In this document: piece by piece, positions 41,099-56,992 of the stretch
Numbering within the stretch: the stretch's first letter is position 1
Layout: each line of letters opens with the position of its first letter
Origin: Eledone cirrhosa
Lineage: Eukaryota
Length of the DNA stretch: 64,000 nucleotides
NCBI GenBank assembly: GCA_964016885.1
Contig: OZ024745.1
Span: forward strand, 17,918,001 to 17,982,000
Direction: 5' to 3'
Position numbers and translations under genes: made by a program
Notes under the pieces: model-generated
The model's database searches: none
Seen by the model: the letters and a program-made list of their open reading frames with translations, nothing else
Told to the model about the DNA's origin: nothing

Positions 41099-43511
41099 TG
41101 AATATGTTCAACTGATATTGAAATAGTTACGTGTCTATAGAATCTCGACCGAACCAATCAGTTTCACTATTAACCAGCTTATTCATCAATATATATTTCA
41201 GGCCAGCTGCTTCGAAATTACTAGGTATTCATACGTTTTTCTTCTTTCTATATATGCCATGTAAGCGATTAAGCGTGGATTTGATGTCGATCAATGAAGA
41301 AATCTGGAGGGAATATTTCATATATGCAAGGTATCATTACCTAGAATGGAAACTTGAAGCCAGTAAATGTCAGTCCATTCATATAGCGACTTCCGATAGA
41401 ATTTCTTTGATACCGTATGTAATTACTTACAATTGTTTGCTACAGTCACTGCTGATTGTAAATATATAGAAGCTGGTTATTCTATGGGAAAAAGTTGAAG
41501 ATCAAACGGTAATGTTTGACGAAGTGAAGTGCTATACATTCCAAGCGAAGATAATCTATAATGGTTTATAAACAAAAGAATCGCATTTATGATAGATCAG
41601 GCGTATAAAGGTAGGCATGACAAGCCTTAAAATATGGTCGCCTTTGTTCCTCTTTTCGCTGGGTTGTTGCAAACTTCTAATGTAAAATGACTGCGCATTT
41701 TACAGTGAATTGCTTTTCACTGGATAGACAAAAAAACGTTTTACCTTCGTATAAAAAGAGAAAAGATATGAATGTCGGATCAATATTTTTCAGAATTAAA
41801 CAACAAATAAGACTCAGGTGTAGGCTAAGATTGGTTTACTATATTTCCTGGTAATGGGAGAGCTGGGGAAATATTTATTTTAGTTTAGGACAAGAATATT
41901 GTGGTTCGACTTCTCAATTGAAAGCGATTTTCTTACGTAGCTATGATCCTCCAGAGATATATGCCTGTCAGAAATACACTTATTGTATTGGTAGAAGTAA
42001 TAGTAATCGAATGATTTCCAGATTTCTCTTGATACTGTTTTATAAAGGGGCGCAAATATGTCTGTACAAATAAAAGCTGTACATTACTGTCACGTAGTGT
42101 CGAGATAAAACCTTGTGAGAAACTGTAGAATCCTATAAGAAGTGTTTCTTCTTGGAATATAGAGTTAATCCATCCCTCGCATTAAAACCACAACCTGACT
42201 CTCATGTATCATTAGTGGAATCCACTCTGGTTCTTGCGTTTTGGCCTGATAATTTGTCAAATGGTAGCTTCCTTTCTTCTTTCTTGGATCTTCTGAAATA
42301 GTCATATATGCTTCCGCCCTATGCGAGGCCACGTACCGGCGCGCACGGACGGATGTACGTGTGTATGTACGTATTTATGTGTGTGTGCCTACGTGTGTAT
42401 TTATGTGTGTGCGTGAGTATGTATATATATATGTGTGTGTGTATGTATATATGTATGTGTATATGTGTGTATGTATGTATGTAAGTGTGAGTATGTATGT
42501 ATTTATGCATGTGTTTTTATGTATGTATGTATGTATGTCGGGTCACTCTTGAGTGCTACTGGTAACATGTAACCCAGAACAACTTGTCGCGTGGTCGGAT
42601 CTTAGGCGACTAAACAGGCAACCCCACCAAGTTTACTTGGTGAGGAGGGTGATTTTGGACACCCCGCAGGACAAAAAACAAAACTTGACAAAGGGCGGAA
42701 GAACTCATAACAGTCAACGTCCATCCAAAAATGTGTAAATATGTATATACCTATATGCATGTGTATATATGTATATATGTATATGTATATGCAAGTATAC
42801 ATATCTATATATATATGCGCGGGGATATAGAAATAATCGGGCTGGATACCCAATCGCGCGATTAAACCACTGGGAGTGAAGGATCCCTAACCTTTGTCAG
42901 GGCATTCTTCTAGGAGAAGGCAACTCAGGAAACTGGCATAAGTCTTACATAAAACCTGAGACTCAGTAGTTATCGACCATGTTGATCTTTTCTTCTTTTC
43001 GGGTTATAGCTACTGTCGCTCAGAGCGTGGGATTGGCTCAGTGCACAGTCTTTCCTCACTTAAAAAAAATCTTTATGCTGAGGCATTACATGATAGCATT
43101 AATTAATAATTATTAATAATGTTATATCATGCAATGGCCATACTCGATAACGAGGGTCAGCCATCATCTATGTATGTATGTGTGCTCAGATATCATTTAA
43201 TCCAAGCCTTATGAGTGAAATTCAATTGGTAGAAATATTGTAGAATTACTTTGGATAAATTATACTTTTATTTCAACTATTCAGGCGTGTTAGTGCCTCA
43301 CACACATTGAACTTTAAACTTACATTTCCGTTTACACGTGCCATGGAATAATTCAGCAATTTACATGTTAATTCAATGATAAGTTCGTTTTGTTGTTCAA
43401 AGAACTGGACTACATATGGTTGTTTGACGTTATGTTCTATATAGTTATTATTATTCGATAAGACTAATGAATGCATTTACGTATCAGCCAATTCTATTTT
43501 GAAGATTCGAA

Positions 43512-43702
43512 TACGAGGTTCGACTGGAAAGTTCATAGGCTGACTATGTAGGAGTGTTGCTAGAGCTGTGAAATATTGCATGCATTAATGTCAGCTCATG
43601 TTAACGGCTGCGTTGCTTATTTCAAGTGTCAATGTTGAAAAGTACACCACATTTGGTAATTCAATGAGAGTATCTTGATCAGCTTTTCAACCGACACATG
43701 TA
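43512..43702. mobile_element. Possible decayed mariner-type MITE
   Basis: Left end TAcgaggttcgactggaaagtt versus reverse-complemented right end TAcatgtgtcggttgaaaagct; TA at both ends. Confidence 0.4.
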
Positions 43703-46700
43703 GTAAACTGAGTTTCTCAATATCAGCAGTTTGGTATTTAGTGATAGATCTGTTTCCATCAAATGTTACCCAGCCTCTATCAACTCATTTCCATATACAC
43801 GCATACATTTTACAACTATTTTAAAAAACATAGTGTGTGAGTTGCGGTAATTTAGGTACTTTTTCTATCATGTCACCTAATGAGGCAGCTTCTACAATTC
43901 TTCTTCATATAATATTTCTTGCTGACTAGTGGTTGTTATGATAGTATCGGTAGAGGGTAGGGTCCCATGCTTTGCAGCATAGAGTTATGCCCCTTTATGG
44001 TCTGATCTCAAATCCCGCCGAGGTTGACTTTGCCTTTCATCCTTACGGGGTCGATAAAATAAAGTACCAGTAATGCACTGGGATAATTGCTGGCCTTGAG
44101 TCAAAAGCAGAAACAATTATTATTTTTGCCTATATTCAAGATTAACTCTGAGCAAATCTATGTTTAAAACAATGCAACATCATATTGTTGTTATTGTCTT
44201 TCATCGTTCAGCCATACTGCAGTCCAGATTGCACTCTCCAATACCATGATTTTAAAAATGGAGTGTGGCTTGAAGGATATTTGACTGCTATATCTAGAGG
44301 GTGGAGCAACCTTGAATGTGATATTTAATGTTTTAATTAATAAGTTTAACTACTGTGTGGGTGTTATTGTGAGCTTGTATTATAGACAATATTCCCATAA
44401 CTATATGCAGACACATCTAAAGAATTGTAGAACGATGACGAAATAGATATAAAAATAGAGAGCGCGCGAAGAAAATCTTAATGCAAAGGGATATTGTTTT
44501 CTTTAGTTAATGGGGTAAGAGCAGAGCCTCTCTATATAACAGATATAGGACATGTGCCTTAGATGACAAATTTGACCGGGTTACTTGCATTTAGACTGGC
44601 CTCGACTAAATGCATAAAATGAGATCATACTAAGATCTGAATATAGAAGCCAAAGAACTGGATCAAATGGTGCAAGGCAATCTGACGTTCTATAAACCTC
44701 TATAATTCACCGCCCCAGAATGGTCTATAAATATAAATGATAAATTGACTACGGCGAGTCTTGACCTCAAAACGCAAAAATAAATAAGGCAAAATCCACG
44801 AGAAATTTTACAATAATTTACATTAACATGAATAATTAGCACTGGTTTTATGTATTCTGCTACTTTAGGAACTTTTTATTTCATAACCGAAGTGCCCTTT
44901 AAAGAAGAGTAATTAACAATTCAACAATCTATCAACGAATGTTAATTGATTAGAACAGATTAAAAGTGATTATACATTCATAAATTCCTGAATTTATTCA
45001 ATGGAAATGATAAGACACTTCCTAATATTAACAAATATTTCGGTAAGCTTTTCTCTAAAGCATTCCAGGAATTAATCTAAAGAATAATAAATAAAATTTC
45101 TCTATTGAATTTACATTTTTGTCTCATATATTTTTAATTATATTTAATTCCTGAAGAATAGCCTTCATGTACGTTTGAGCTGAAAGTGAGCTCCAAGATG
45201 CCAATCATTGCTTCATTAGTTCCTTCAATTTAATTCTATATATTTCAATAATGCCTTAAATAGATTTACATTTGGTGTATGCAGATACTGTGGTCGCTGT
45301 ATAATCTTTAAATCGTTGCATGTCAGAACATAATCAGACACACTTGAACATACCATTACTGCGATATAATTTAAATTAATCACTTCATGTAACGCTGAAA
45401 TGTAGAAGTATAAATCGGGGTGAAAAGGAAACAAAAATTATTAGCTGAACATATAAAGCATTCCTCTGAAAAACGTGACGTGAAATTAATTTTAAGTAAA
45501 ATATTTAAAAGCTGCATTATGTTTGATTTGAAGGCGATAATTACAACTAAATTAATTGCTTTCCACAGTGACATATGATCATTTATATTATCTGAAGCAT
45601 TAGGGTTATAACAAATCCAATAGAATTGATAGGATATTCATAATTACAGGAGCAAAACAGGTGTAGCTGAGTCATACTGCAATTATGTTCTATTTAACTA
45701 TTTTACAGTGTATTTAAAAAACAAATAGTTTTAAACTTATTATAAACATGTAGTATATCAAATGATATATGAATTGGTAATATATATTATACGATATGTA
45801 TAAGATATATTTATATTCAAATAAAGAGCCTGGAATATATTAAGATACACACATTTTCATGACTTGCAATAAATACTGTTTTGCAGTTTCCATTCATGCT
45901 TTGTGCTTTCTGAGTTCGAATCCTAGCCTCTTTCACTGAACAAGATATAACGCTTCTCCCAGAAGTTGTGATACGCAGAGAGCGTACATGGACCAATTTG
46001 ATAATCAGCAACTTTTGTTTTTATTTTAATTCTAAATAATCTTTTTCAAGACAATTCTCATTTTTGAATGCAAAAGTAATACATATTTATCTAACATTAC
46101 ATGATCGAACGAGTATGATATGTAAATGAATATATTTAAATGAAAGTTTTAGCTTCTTGCCTGACACTTGCCTTACTATGCACAATATGAAATGTATATT
46201 TCCGAAGGAGATTCGATTTTCATCATGTATCAAACGTATACTCCTCAAACATATTACAAGCTGAATATAATGTATGTCATGAAAGAAAATCTAGGTCACT
46301 ATTTAAACTAATTTCTTAATATTGTTCATTTTAAAACATTCGATATCTAAATACAAATTCGTTCATTGTGTTCAATATAAAAAATGAAATATAAAAAAAT
46401 GAAAAAAATAATCAAAAACACGCAATTTACGCCTAACAAATTATTGATTTGAAATTTAAGCACAATGTCATCAATTTTTGCAGGAAAGAGAAATGTCAAT
46501 TAAATCGATCCTAGATCTTTATTGATAATTCATTTCATTGACACCAGGAAGGTTTAAACGCAAGGTTGACAAGGCGTCATTCAACAAAGAAGCTAAAATT
46601 CGTAACAAAATCATTTTTCCAATTTTAAAATTAGACCAGTAATTTTAGGGAAGGAAATACTTGATTGTTATTTTATTTTAATAGTGCCGGAATAATGATG

Positions 46701-47916
46701 ATAGGCTCTACTGAAACTGGCGGGTTTTGGAGTTATAATGTAAAGATCCAGAACAAATACCGCTTATGCATTTTATATGACGTTGCATATCCACCAAACT
46801 TACCTCCAACTTATTACTGAAGTAGCTGTGTGCCGTGGAAATGTGTACATTGGTTATTGCTCTTCTTTCACAAAGCACTTCCCAGGGTTACCTTTTGGAG
46901 TGCAAACAGATATTCAGCCAGTCGTAAGCACATAATACATGCCTTACCCTGAACGAAGAGTGTTCTTTTCTTTCTATTTAACTTAATGTAGTTGGGTTGA
47001 GCACAATTGCAAATGAGAAAGTATTTAGGAGCTCTTTCAATGTGATATTCAATAGAATCAAACATTATATAAATACTTATGAATTCGATCGCATTCGCTA
47101 CTAATTGAAACTTGCATTGCAAGTAACTACAAATTACAAAACCTAGAAATATTAAAGACCAGTCAATAATGAATATAGTCAACTTTAATGTTTCAAATTT
47201 TCTTCCATTTAATTATTCTATTCTAAATTCAATTTAATTTTTCAGTAAACGACATTATTCCATCATATCAAATGAGATATTGATTTTCATATTCTACCAA
47301 TTGTTCACCGACTAAAATATTGGCAAATGCTTTCCGCACAAATTTCAATATTAGTTTATCTAACGTTTCTATGTCTTTGTTTTTATCTTCTTTACCTCCT
47401 TATCTTCTAATTGAAATGACAATGGACACTTATTCACTAACATTGTTCTCCAGTTCTTGATTAGATATTACACCATGGAAGAAAACGACAGCATCTAGAA
47501 TAATATTCCATGTCACAATTGATATTTCAGATAATTATTCTAATCTTTTTAGACATCGTATTATAAACATTTCTTTTATTCCGCTTCTCTTAAGTCCCTT
47601 AGCTGCAGCAACCCAAAGAGATGAATTTAATACATCAAGTTAAGAACAACTATCGTTAAATCTGTTGCCTTTTATTATGATAGTGTTCCGTGCAAGTGTT
47701 TAGTCATTCCTAATTTTCAAGAAGCTAAGCAATTATATTATGTCATCTCTAAACTTTCACCATTGTGATTCTGATTATTTATTAATGATATCACCTCTAT
47801 CCGAAACTATAATCGACAAATTTTACAGCCAACATATATAATCACTTCCTTTACTAACACACCATGAAAAATTAAATTTCACATGAATGAAATCCCATAC
47901 TTAAATTTATTTAGTA

Positions 47917-49483
47917 CTAGTAGTAAAGCCCGGCGTTGCTCGGGGTCGCTCAGTAGCTGTGTTAAAGTTACAATGTTAAGTTTCTTTTTTGGCTTAAAAA
48001 CTGTAGTGTCTACTGTGCAGACTTGCATGTGGTGTTTTTGATTAATATTCCCTCAACCAACAATATGCCTTATGAAGTTAAGAAAACATAACGATAACCC
48101 GAATGTTATAACAAAAGAGGATGCTGGGGATAAAAACTGCACTGGTTATTTATTAACAAAGATCGAAAATGTAAACACTGCAACGCAGAGAAAAACATTA
48201 GCGTAACCAAATTATCAGTTATGTCTGTCTGCACGCCTATATCACCTCTCTGCACGACTGTCTGTCTGCACGCCTATATCACCTCTCTGCACGACTGTCT
48301 GTCTGCACGCGTATATCACCTCTCTGCACGACTGTCTGTCTGCACGCGTATATCACCTCTCTGCACGACTGTCTGTCTGCACGACTGTCTGTCTGCACGA
48401 CTGTCTGTCTGCACGACTGTCTGTCTGCACGCCTAACGAAATTTACAGATACATATATTTTAAATAAACTTATATAATTTTTGCTTCTTTTTACGAAATA
48501 TTTGCTTGTTTTACGTAGTCTTTAAATAGACTTTTTTTCAAGTAAAAATATTGTTTTAAAAGGCTTTTAAATGGAAATGAAGCAAAACGGAAGCTTAGTG
48601 TTCGAACTGATGAATTTTGCAGGTCAAAATTTTGCTGGCTCGACAACTGTTCGTGTATTGTGTTAATGTCATTTTAAACGCTGAGAAAGCCAGCGTAATT
48701 TTTTTTATTTTTGCACGCAGAAAATGTAAGACGCTCAATGTAAACAGAACAAAGGGAAATAACTCGTCACTTACGCTCAAAAATCGATACATTAGATTCG
48801 ATTTCGTCACATAGGGTGGGTCAATTTGAAATATTTCTTTTCTGATGTCTTCGCTAGGGCTCAATGTACAAGTATAGCAATTTCAGTGCAATTCCGTCAG
48901 AGATTCTAAGAGGAGATGTGTGCCAAAAATCGATAGACAGACAGAAAACCACAACTTTATATATAGATGACATAATCAAAAACAAGAACTTATTTGAAAA
49001 TTTATTTGACCGATGGTTCCGCCGGACCTTCATCTATAAGTGTAGCAATTTCACCGAAATTTGAACGTACGGTTTAAGAGGAGATGTGTGCCGAAGATTT
49101 TAGTAGACAGACAGACAACCTCAGTTTTATATATATAGATGACATAATCAAAAACAAGAACTTATTTGAAAATTTGTTTGACCGATGGTTCCGCCGGACC
49201 TTCATCTATAAGTGTAGCAATTTCACCGAAATTTGAACGTACGGTTTAAGAGGAGATGTGTGCCGAAGGTTTTAGTAGACAGACAGACAACCTCAGTTTT
49301 ATATATATAGATGACATAATCAAAAACAAGAACTTATTTGAAAATTTATTTGACCGATGGTTCCGCCGGACCTTCATCTATAAGTGTAGCAATTTCACCG
49401 AAATTTGAACGTACGGTTTAAGAGGAGATGTGTGCCGAAGGTTTTAGTAGACAGACAGACAACCTCAGTTTTATATATATATA
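47917..49483 (-). mobile_element. Non-autonomous Helitron with internal minisatellite and tandemly reiterated 5' end
   Basis: Minus-strand 3' end: hairpin cccgagcaacgccggg, then CTAG|T. 5' TCTATATATAT termini at ~48967, 49139 and 49311 (172-bp period). ctgtctgtctgcacg minisatellite at 48225-48432. Confidence 0.75.
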
Positions 49484-52400
49484 TTTCATACAACGGCGCC
49501 AGGTTCAAAATTCCTTGTGACAATTAAAACAATGGAAGCTATGAATGAACATGATTTATCTTTCCTTATTTGCATGCACAAAGAATATTCTTTAGGCGTG
49601 AAATAGATAATTACACTCTACTCTCTGAAATGATTTTTAGTATCCAAACCATATCTCTGTAATAAGATGTGTTATATTTATGTGAGTTCCGAGAGCCACG
49701 CCATGTATTTTCAACAAAATATACAACAGTAAACGTGCATACATTGGGCTAGCCCCATCCATTACCTAGTATATTTTAAATGATTGATCCATGAGGAATG
49801 CATCGTACATGTGAATTGAAAGCAGCTACGTTATACGTTAATTTATTAATTTCATAAAGTTGTTATAGCTATGAGCAAAGAGGTAAATGTCATTAACGTT
49901 CATTTTGTTATTTGTAAGAACCGTTCGCTAATTTGGAATCGCAGAGAATTGAGGGTTTTGAAGAAGTAGGGTAAGTATTTAGAGCCCGATTTGCAGTGTA
50001 CACATAGCATCAGTGACAAGAGAAAGAAACGGCAGTTTGTAATGACGACACGGAAATGATGAGAAACAAGTTAGCTCTATGCATATGAAACCTATGTAAC
50101 AGCAAATATGTCAATCTGATTAGATAAAACTTCTGTAGACAATTCCAATGCCTATATGAGTGATAGGATGTTATTTAGCCAAGTCAGCTTTCTTTAAATG
50201 TGATTTAGAGTATTTGTGGATGTCGTAGAAGCAACATCCCAGATGTTGAAGTATAATATAATTGTACTGATCAACGTAACTTTTTAGGATGCTAGTACTT
50301 ATTAGAAAAATGCGTATTGTCTAATTCTGAATGGCACGTGTAGTCGTTACGTTTGTCTAATGAGGTCAAACAGTAAAGCATATATCATGGTAGTAGATAC
50401 TTGTTTCTACTTTTTAAGAGGAATATAAGATCTTTGTATTTTTGGAGAAAGTGATTAAATATATTGTTAGCCTCTTCTCTTGTACTCCACAAATACTGTA
50501 ATAACCAAGCCTGTGTTTATGAATATAAACCACTTATATTATATGGGATTTATATAAAATTGCTATTTCGTATCATGAGGATGTTCATAGAATATATGTA
50601 GGTGTTTACCTTCAGTCAAGACATGATTGATATAAGGATAGTTTGATATAAGTGGTATGAGAAGATAGCCATGGAAGAAAAGAGATATCATAATAAATAC
50701 ATCAAACCGCACTCTACGAAAAGTTATATTAGGTTCCTCGTTACATAACGTATAATAATTTTAGACTCCGAGTATCTTGAATATAAATCAATGCAAATAT
50801 AGTTCTTCCTCCGTAATTTACACAGAATATCTTCAGATTTTGTTTCCTTACATCTATGTATATACCTAAATATCTATATATGATAATGAAATTATAAAAA
50901 AAATAATGGATAGACATCGAACCTTGCAATGTTTAGTTATATTTTGAGGTTTGTGATACCACACATCTTAAGTGATATATGCAGATAAATGGCCACATAA
51001 AAACAGACAGAAGAATGCAAATAAGCATATACAGTGACAGAAAGACACACATACATAAATACACATACAGCAAACCAAATCATAATATTCAAATAAAATA
51101 CACACATTCAGAGACATATAATGTAATTTTAAAATATTGCCGACTTCCTGTCTATTCGTCTTTCAAAGTATTTTATAGTTAGCTATAAAATATGTCAGAA
51201 TAAACACAACTTAAAGTCTTTTACGTTGTTCGAACGTTCATAAGTAAAAATGTGTGTTTGTATTCAACAAATTAGTTTTTAGTTTTCATTTATATTTTCC
51301 TTTATGCGTCATTTTTTGACGACTCATAAAGAGCAATTTTATTGTCTGGAATTTACTTGTTTCTGTTTTATTTCAAAGATTGGTATATAATGTAAACAAC
51401 ATGACAAAGAGCAATAAAATCTACAAGAATATGTTTTGAAATGTGAACAAACAAACAAAAAAAATTAATTCTCAGCAGCAGATGGGGATCAAGAAATAAT
51501 TATCATGAGTTATTATTTTAACATGGGAATAGACAAGTAAATCGATTTGTATTTTATTTCAAAGCAAATGCTGGAACATAAAATAAACAGCCATTGAATT
51601 TTGAACAATGCAGTCGGTGATGTAAACAAAAAGGTTTCTTTGTGTTACATGAAGGAAATTTATAGACCTGTCTACAAAAAGAAAACAGAAAACTAAACAT
51701 ATGATTCAACAGAAAACCCCGAGGGATTTGGTGAGAAGCGCGGCATATAGTTAATCATTTTTATAGGACATAAATATATGTACGTAATCTAATAATTAAT
51801 TACCAGTGGGAGAATATTTGTTAATGGATTTTCAGTTGTTTCCTCAATGTGACTTAACTTTATAAAAGTGTTTAGGAATATGAGATTTTTAAAAGACTAA
51901 TATAGATGCACTCATAGGTTTCATTTTAGAACTTTTAGTAATTTCTCTCTTTTGCTCTCTACTGTAATAGTTTAAGAATCACAAATAACTATTAGAATTA
52001 GTAATATGCTATTAGCAAATTTATAATCGGAAGAAACATTAATGCTACTGATGTGAAAATATAAGTTATTGCTTCAGTAATATGAAGTTGAAACGATCTT
52101 CTGTACTATTTATAATTTCGGAGGCGTTGTGGGAAATTGCTAACTGTATTTAATAGAAAAATCCATCTTGCACGAGTTTTATGGACGGAGAATCTATACA
52201 AGTAAACACAATCCTTTCTTCTCAGAACATCGGATTTCTGGAGTACCATCTCTAGTTATGTCTTTCCTTCAGTTATAGACATTCAATAATGTAAGCGTAT
52301 CAGAAACATTAATTTTCACAGACACGTGACCTGTAGAAAATGTAATTGTAGGAAGATGATTAATTGCAATTATAGCTGAAAGTTGGGACGGCTATGTTCC

Positions 52401-53213
52401 AAACTAAACACAGTATAAAATGTGTTTCAAGCCGTTAAGTTAAATAGGTCACTGCTTATCTCGTTTCCATTGCGTTACCACTTGAGAGTACTAGACCCCG
52501 CAATGGACACCAGTCCAGCGTAGGTTTAACCCCCAGCTGTTGCTGTTACTAATTCTCAGCTGAGTATACTGGAGTAACCTGAAATGAATTGTTTTTCCCA
52601 ATAAAACATTACCCAACCCAGTCATGCAATCAAAATAATCATATTATATTCATACGTCAAACACTATAAATGCAGGAAAACCTACCTACAGTACTTGCAG
52701 ATTGGAGCAGAAATATTCATCCTACCAAAGTAACATTTTGTTCGTCAGAAGATAGGAATCGTATCCCCATTATAAATTATAAAGTTTAATGAAGTTATTC
52801 GATGGGGACTACATACAAATGTCCTTTAGATAGGATGAATGAAACAGTCTTCGAAAACTGTTCATGTTAGATAGCAGGTGTCCATTCATAAATCACGGGT
52901 ACCGCTGTACATTCCATCACGTCCAATGGGTTATGTGCCAAACGGATTATTTTTCATGGTCAAAAATGTATATTGAATCTAGGATATTTAAAATAGATTT
53001 AAACCCAAATTTCCTATCCCACTGGACAGTTGTGAAAATAGATTTTTTTGTTATATTCTGCCTGATTGGTATAATTCAAGTTAACGGGAAAAACGTTCAG
53101 TTTCACTTCGGCGAACCGAACGGTAGCACAGGCTCATAGTATACGGCAAATATGATTTCGTATCCCATGAATAACGTTGTTCAATTTTCAAAATCAACCC
53201 ATCACTCAGACAC

Positions 53214-53264
<51 letters not shown>

Positions 53265-53979
53265 TTACATACGTGAATGTATACATACAATAGATATGTG
53301 TATGTGTTTGTGAATGTGCATTTATATATGTTTCTGAGTATGTAATATACAACACAGTTTTGTTTCGTTCGAGCCCTCCATGTAATTGCAATATTTATTC
53401 TGAATATCAAATCAGATTCTTGAATTCCTCTGACACTCAAACGACGTACTGTGCTTTACTATCTCAACATTAATATTTTGAATTTGGAGAATTTTCATGA
53501 AGATGTTTCGACATCGAGCCAATTATAATCACTTATAATTATGAATATTAAAATATGGATTCATATGTGAGGATTGCTTATAATTACGTAAGCTTGTCAT
53601 TGAAATCCATTTAGAATTTAATGGAAATCCGTTTTGTATTTAATACGATATAAATATTTAAATCCAATTTATGCCTGTATTCATACAATTATTAGATATG
53701 CAAATAACTGCATATTTACAGGACCCTGACTAATGTTGGAACATTATCGATTAAAACCATGATAATATATTGCAATTATGTAACAAAATATTTGCAAAAC
53801 AAATTTATTGACATTCTGCGATATGAGGTACACTATCGCACCAGGGAATACGGTGAGCTTAGTGCTTCCGATCTAACCATACCCAGATCCACATCACAAG
53901 GTGTGTAACGGGTGAATCAGTTGATGGGAATCTGGTTCTGCTGTCTAGAACTAGAACGCTACTGATCAATGTGTGCAGG

Positions 53980-54023
<44 letters not shown>

Positions 54024-54046
54024 CCTGCACACATTGATCAGTAGCG

Positions 54047-54089
<43 letters not shown>

Positions 54090-54117
54090 CGTATATATAT
54101 ATATATGCATATACATA

Positions 54118-54150
<33 letters not shown>

Positions 54151-54185
54151 GTATGTATTATCTATATATATATATATATAGTTAC

Positions 54186-54260
<75 letters not shown>

Positions 54261-54285
54261 CATATATATATATGTGTATGTATTA

Positions 54286-54330
<45 letters not shown>

Positions 54331-54943
54331 CCGGAAAAAATGAAACGAAATTTCATTTCCCACTCTTAGTGCGGCTGTTACTTAAGTATAACTATGTACA
54401 CGTACATACATATATGTATACAGACGTACAGTAGTATGTATATATATGTACATACATGCACACATATATATATGCACGTATGGATTGACCGAGCATTATA
54501 ATAAATGTTCGGTGAATCCATACGTGCATTTATATATATGTGCATGTATGTATATATATATACATACTACTGTACGTCTGTATACATATATGTATGTACG
54601 TGTACATAGTTATATTTAAGTAACAGCCGCACTAAGAGTGGGGAATGAAATTTCGTTTCATTTTTTCCGTTTATCGTTTTCGGTGCACCCGGCCGATTAA
54701 CCCACTCGATATGCAAATTGGGCTGCTCAACCGTTGGTATGCATAAGGTAAGTATATACGTTCAACAATCTGACAGGAAGGTATACGTTGCTGACGATAG
54801 CTAATAAGCTTGAAACTAGTACAGCGTTCCTTTGTCAGTGTTGAACAAACCAGCAACGATCGTTGCTGGACACTACGGCTTAATACGGGATGTTTGTTTA
54901 TAAGCACACCGAGCATTATAATAAATGTTCGGTGAATCCATAC

Positions 54944-54946
<3 letters not shown>
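54331..54946. mobile_element. 420-bp HHR unit (+) preceded by an inverted terminal segment; same family as 35327-35900
   Basis: 54331-54490 is the reverse complement of 54510-54669. accgagcattataataaatgttcgg repeats at 54488 and 54908. HHR at 54785-54827: acgttg-CTGACGA-tagctaataagctt-GAAA-ctag-TA-cagcgt. Confidence 0.85.
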
Positions 54947-54980
<34 letters not shown>

Positions 54981-56223
54981 CATACACATAGACATATACA
55001 TACATATACACACTCATATATATATAACATTTTATATAGAAATGATTTGTACAGGATAAAACTGTTTCATCAGGAAATATTTCCTGATGATTTCTCTTGA
55101 ATGAGACAGTTCTAGTTCTGTAGAAACCATTTCTATATAACATTTGATGTTTCCACTCTTCCGATGTATTCAGTACCTTACTCAATCTAGTTACCCCCGA
55201 TTGAACCCAGGACTCACACACATAATATATGCATATATAAAAATAATCTAATTCCTTCGGATATATCAAACTTCATGTGAAAGCCATAACACTATTTTAC
55301 ATGGTGGTTGAAATGTATAATGTATGTAAGCTACTCATGTAGATTGATAGCTCAATGAAGCATTATTCTAATATTTACGTATTCTTTTATTGTCATTCGC
55401 TCTGCCATCCGTTTATAAATCTCTAGAGTGTGATTAGAACGTGATTTGTCTACTTCTATGAAGGCAAACCACCACATACACGCATTATTCTAGGCTCGCT
55501 GAACAATGAAATTTATTGATGCAACTCGTCCATACAGTTAATACTAACACAACACAAATCCAATAAAATTGTGAAGAAATCGTTAGGAAACAGAAATATA
55601 TATGTTTTTCTTTTCTTACATCTGTCTTCCTTTCACATAAACAATATGCATTCTATAATTATGTGCACAGTAGAAACACTGCTAATATCCTCTTCCAAAA
55701 ATGAAATCACGAAATAAAGTATAATACACGCCCACGAAATATAGTTTTAGAATTCACAACATCGCCAGCATATCATATAATACGTACAATTTATCTTTAT
55801 ATTTATTTAGAGAACGGAAACTTTTAGAATCCTGTGGATATTTTTTAATAAGTTTCATGTCGATAACAAAAGAGATATCTGCGATTGTTGCAATTTTAAA
55901 TATATTTTCTCCTTGAAATTTCATTTTAATATAAAGAAAGTGCAGTGAATTCCCATTAAAATTCTTTTTAATACATTATTTTCCCTTTGTGAACGTGCTT
56001 GCTAAATATCAATTCTAATGGACAGATTGTTTTACAGATATCGATTTAAGCAAAGCTATGCAGTGTTCGTGTAAAGAAGCTAATAATAGTTATTCTATTT
56101 AAATAGCAGGTGTCTCAGTATAAGCGTGTGTGCTTGTTACTGGACAAGCCATCTGTAACCGGGACATGATTCTCAAACCAACTACTTGCAAATGTGACTT
56201 AACCATTTAATTCTCATATATAT

Positions 56224-56337
<114 letters not shown>

Positions 56338-56402
56338 GTGTGTGTGTGGACAAATACGACTATTTACATATACATATACAAACATATATATATATACATA
56401 TA

Positions 56403-56961
56403 TATAACGAAGGAAATGTGGTAAGGAACCAGGTGGACCATAACGCACCAAAGTACTCAATACTTAGGGTAGTAGAGTGGGTAATAGGAACAAGTAAGAC
56501 CACGACGGCTGAGCTCAAGCCGTTTCGACGGCTAATTCTGTACTGAATGAAAATTTATTCTGGTATTTAAATAGCCGAACTTATCAAGGGGTAATTCCAT
56601 ATATGGTCAAAGAGATAATCACCAGGATTGGTCACATCACAAGTTAGTAGTAAATCTGTGATGGCAAGTTGGTGGGGGAAGGGGTAGCTAAACCTGCCGG
56701 TATGAGAAAAAGGGAGAGGGGTGGAGTAGACCCATTCATGCGTTGGTAGTGCCAGCTACAGTGGGTGTGAGGTCAAAGAGGATACTGGGGAGGGGGAGGG
56801 GGGAGGTCGAAACGGTAAGTAGAACAATGAAAGGTAAAACTATAAAAGGTACTGAGAGAGAAAAAAAAATAAGCAAAATCTGGTTACTAAGACATAAGTC
56901 TCTCGCTATAGCTAGGCTAAAGAAATACATAAATAAATAAATAAACAAATAAAGAAATACA

Positions 56962-56992
<31 letters not shown>

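Noticed and set aside
42540-43160. GC-richer segment resembling a LINE 5' UTR or SINE (ctaggagaaggcaactc)
   Set aside because: Single copy in the window, no ORF or defined termini; family cannot be supported.
48225-49483. Short regular repeats resembling a CRISPR array
   Set aside because: No unique spacers and a eukaryotic context; these are Helitron-internal tandem repeats.
44200-53200. Long AT-rich stretch searched for host exons
   Set aside because: No ORF with credible protein motifs; small exons cannot be excluded without transcript data.
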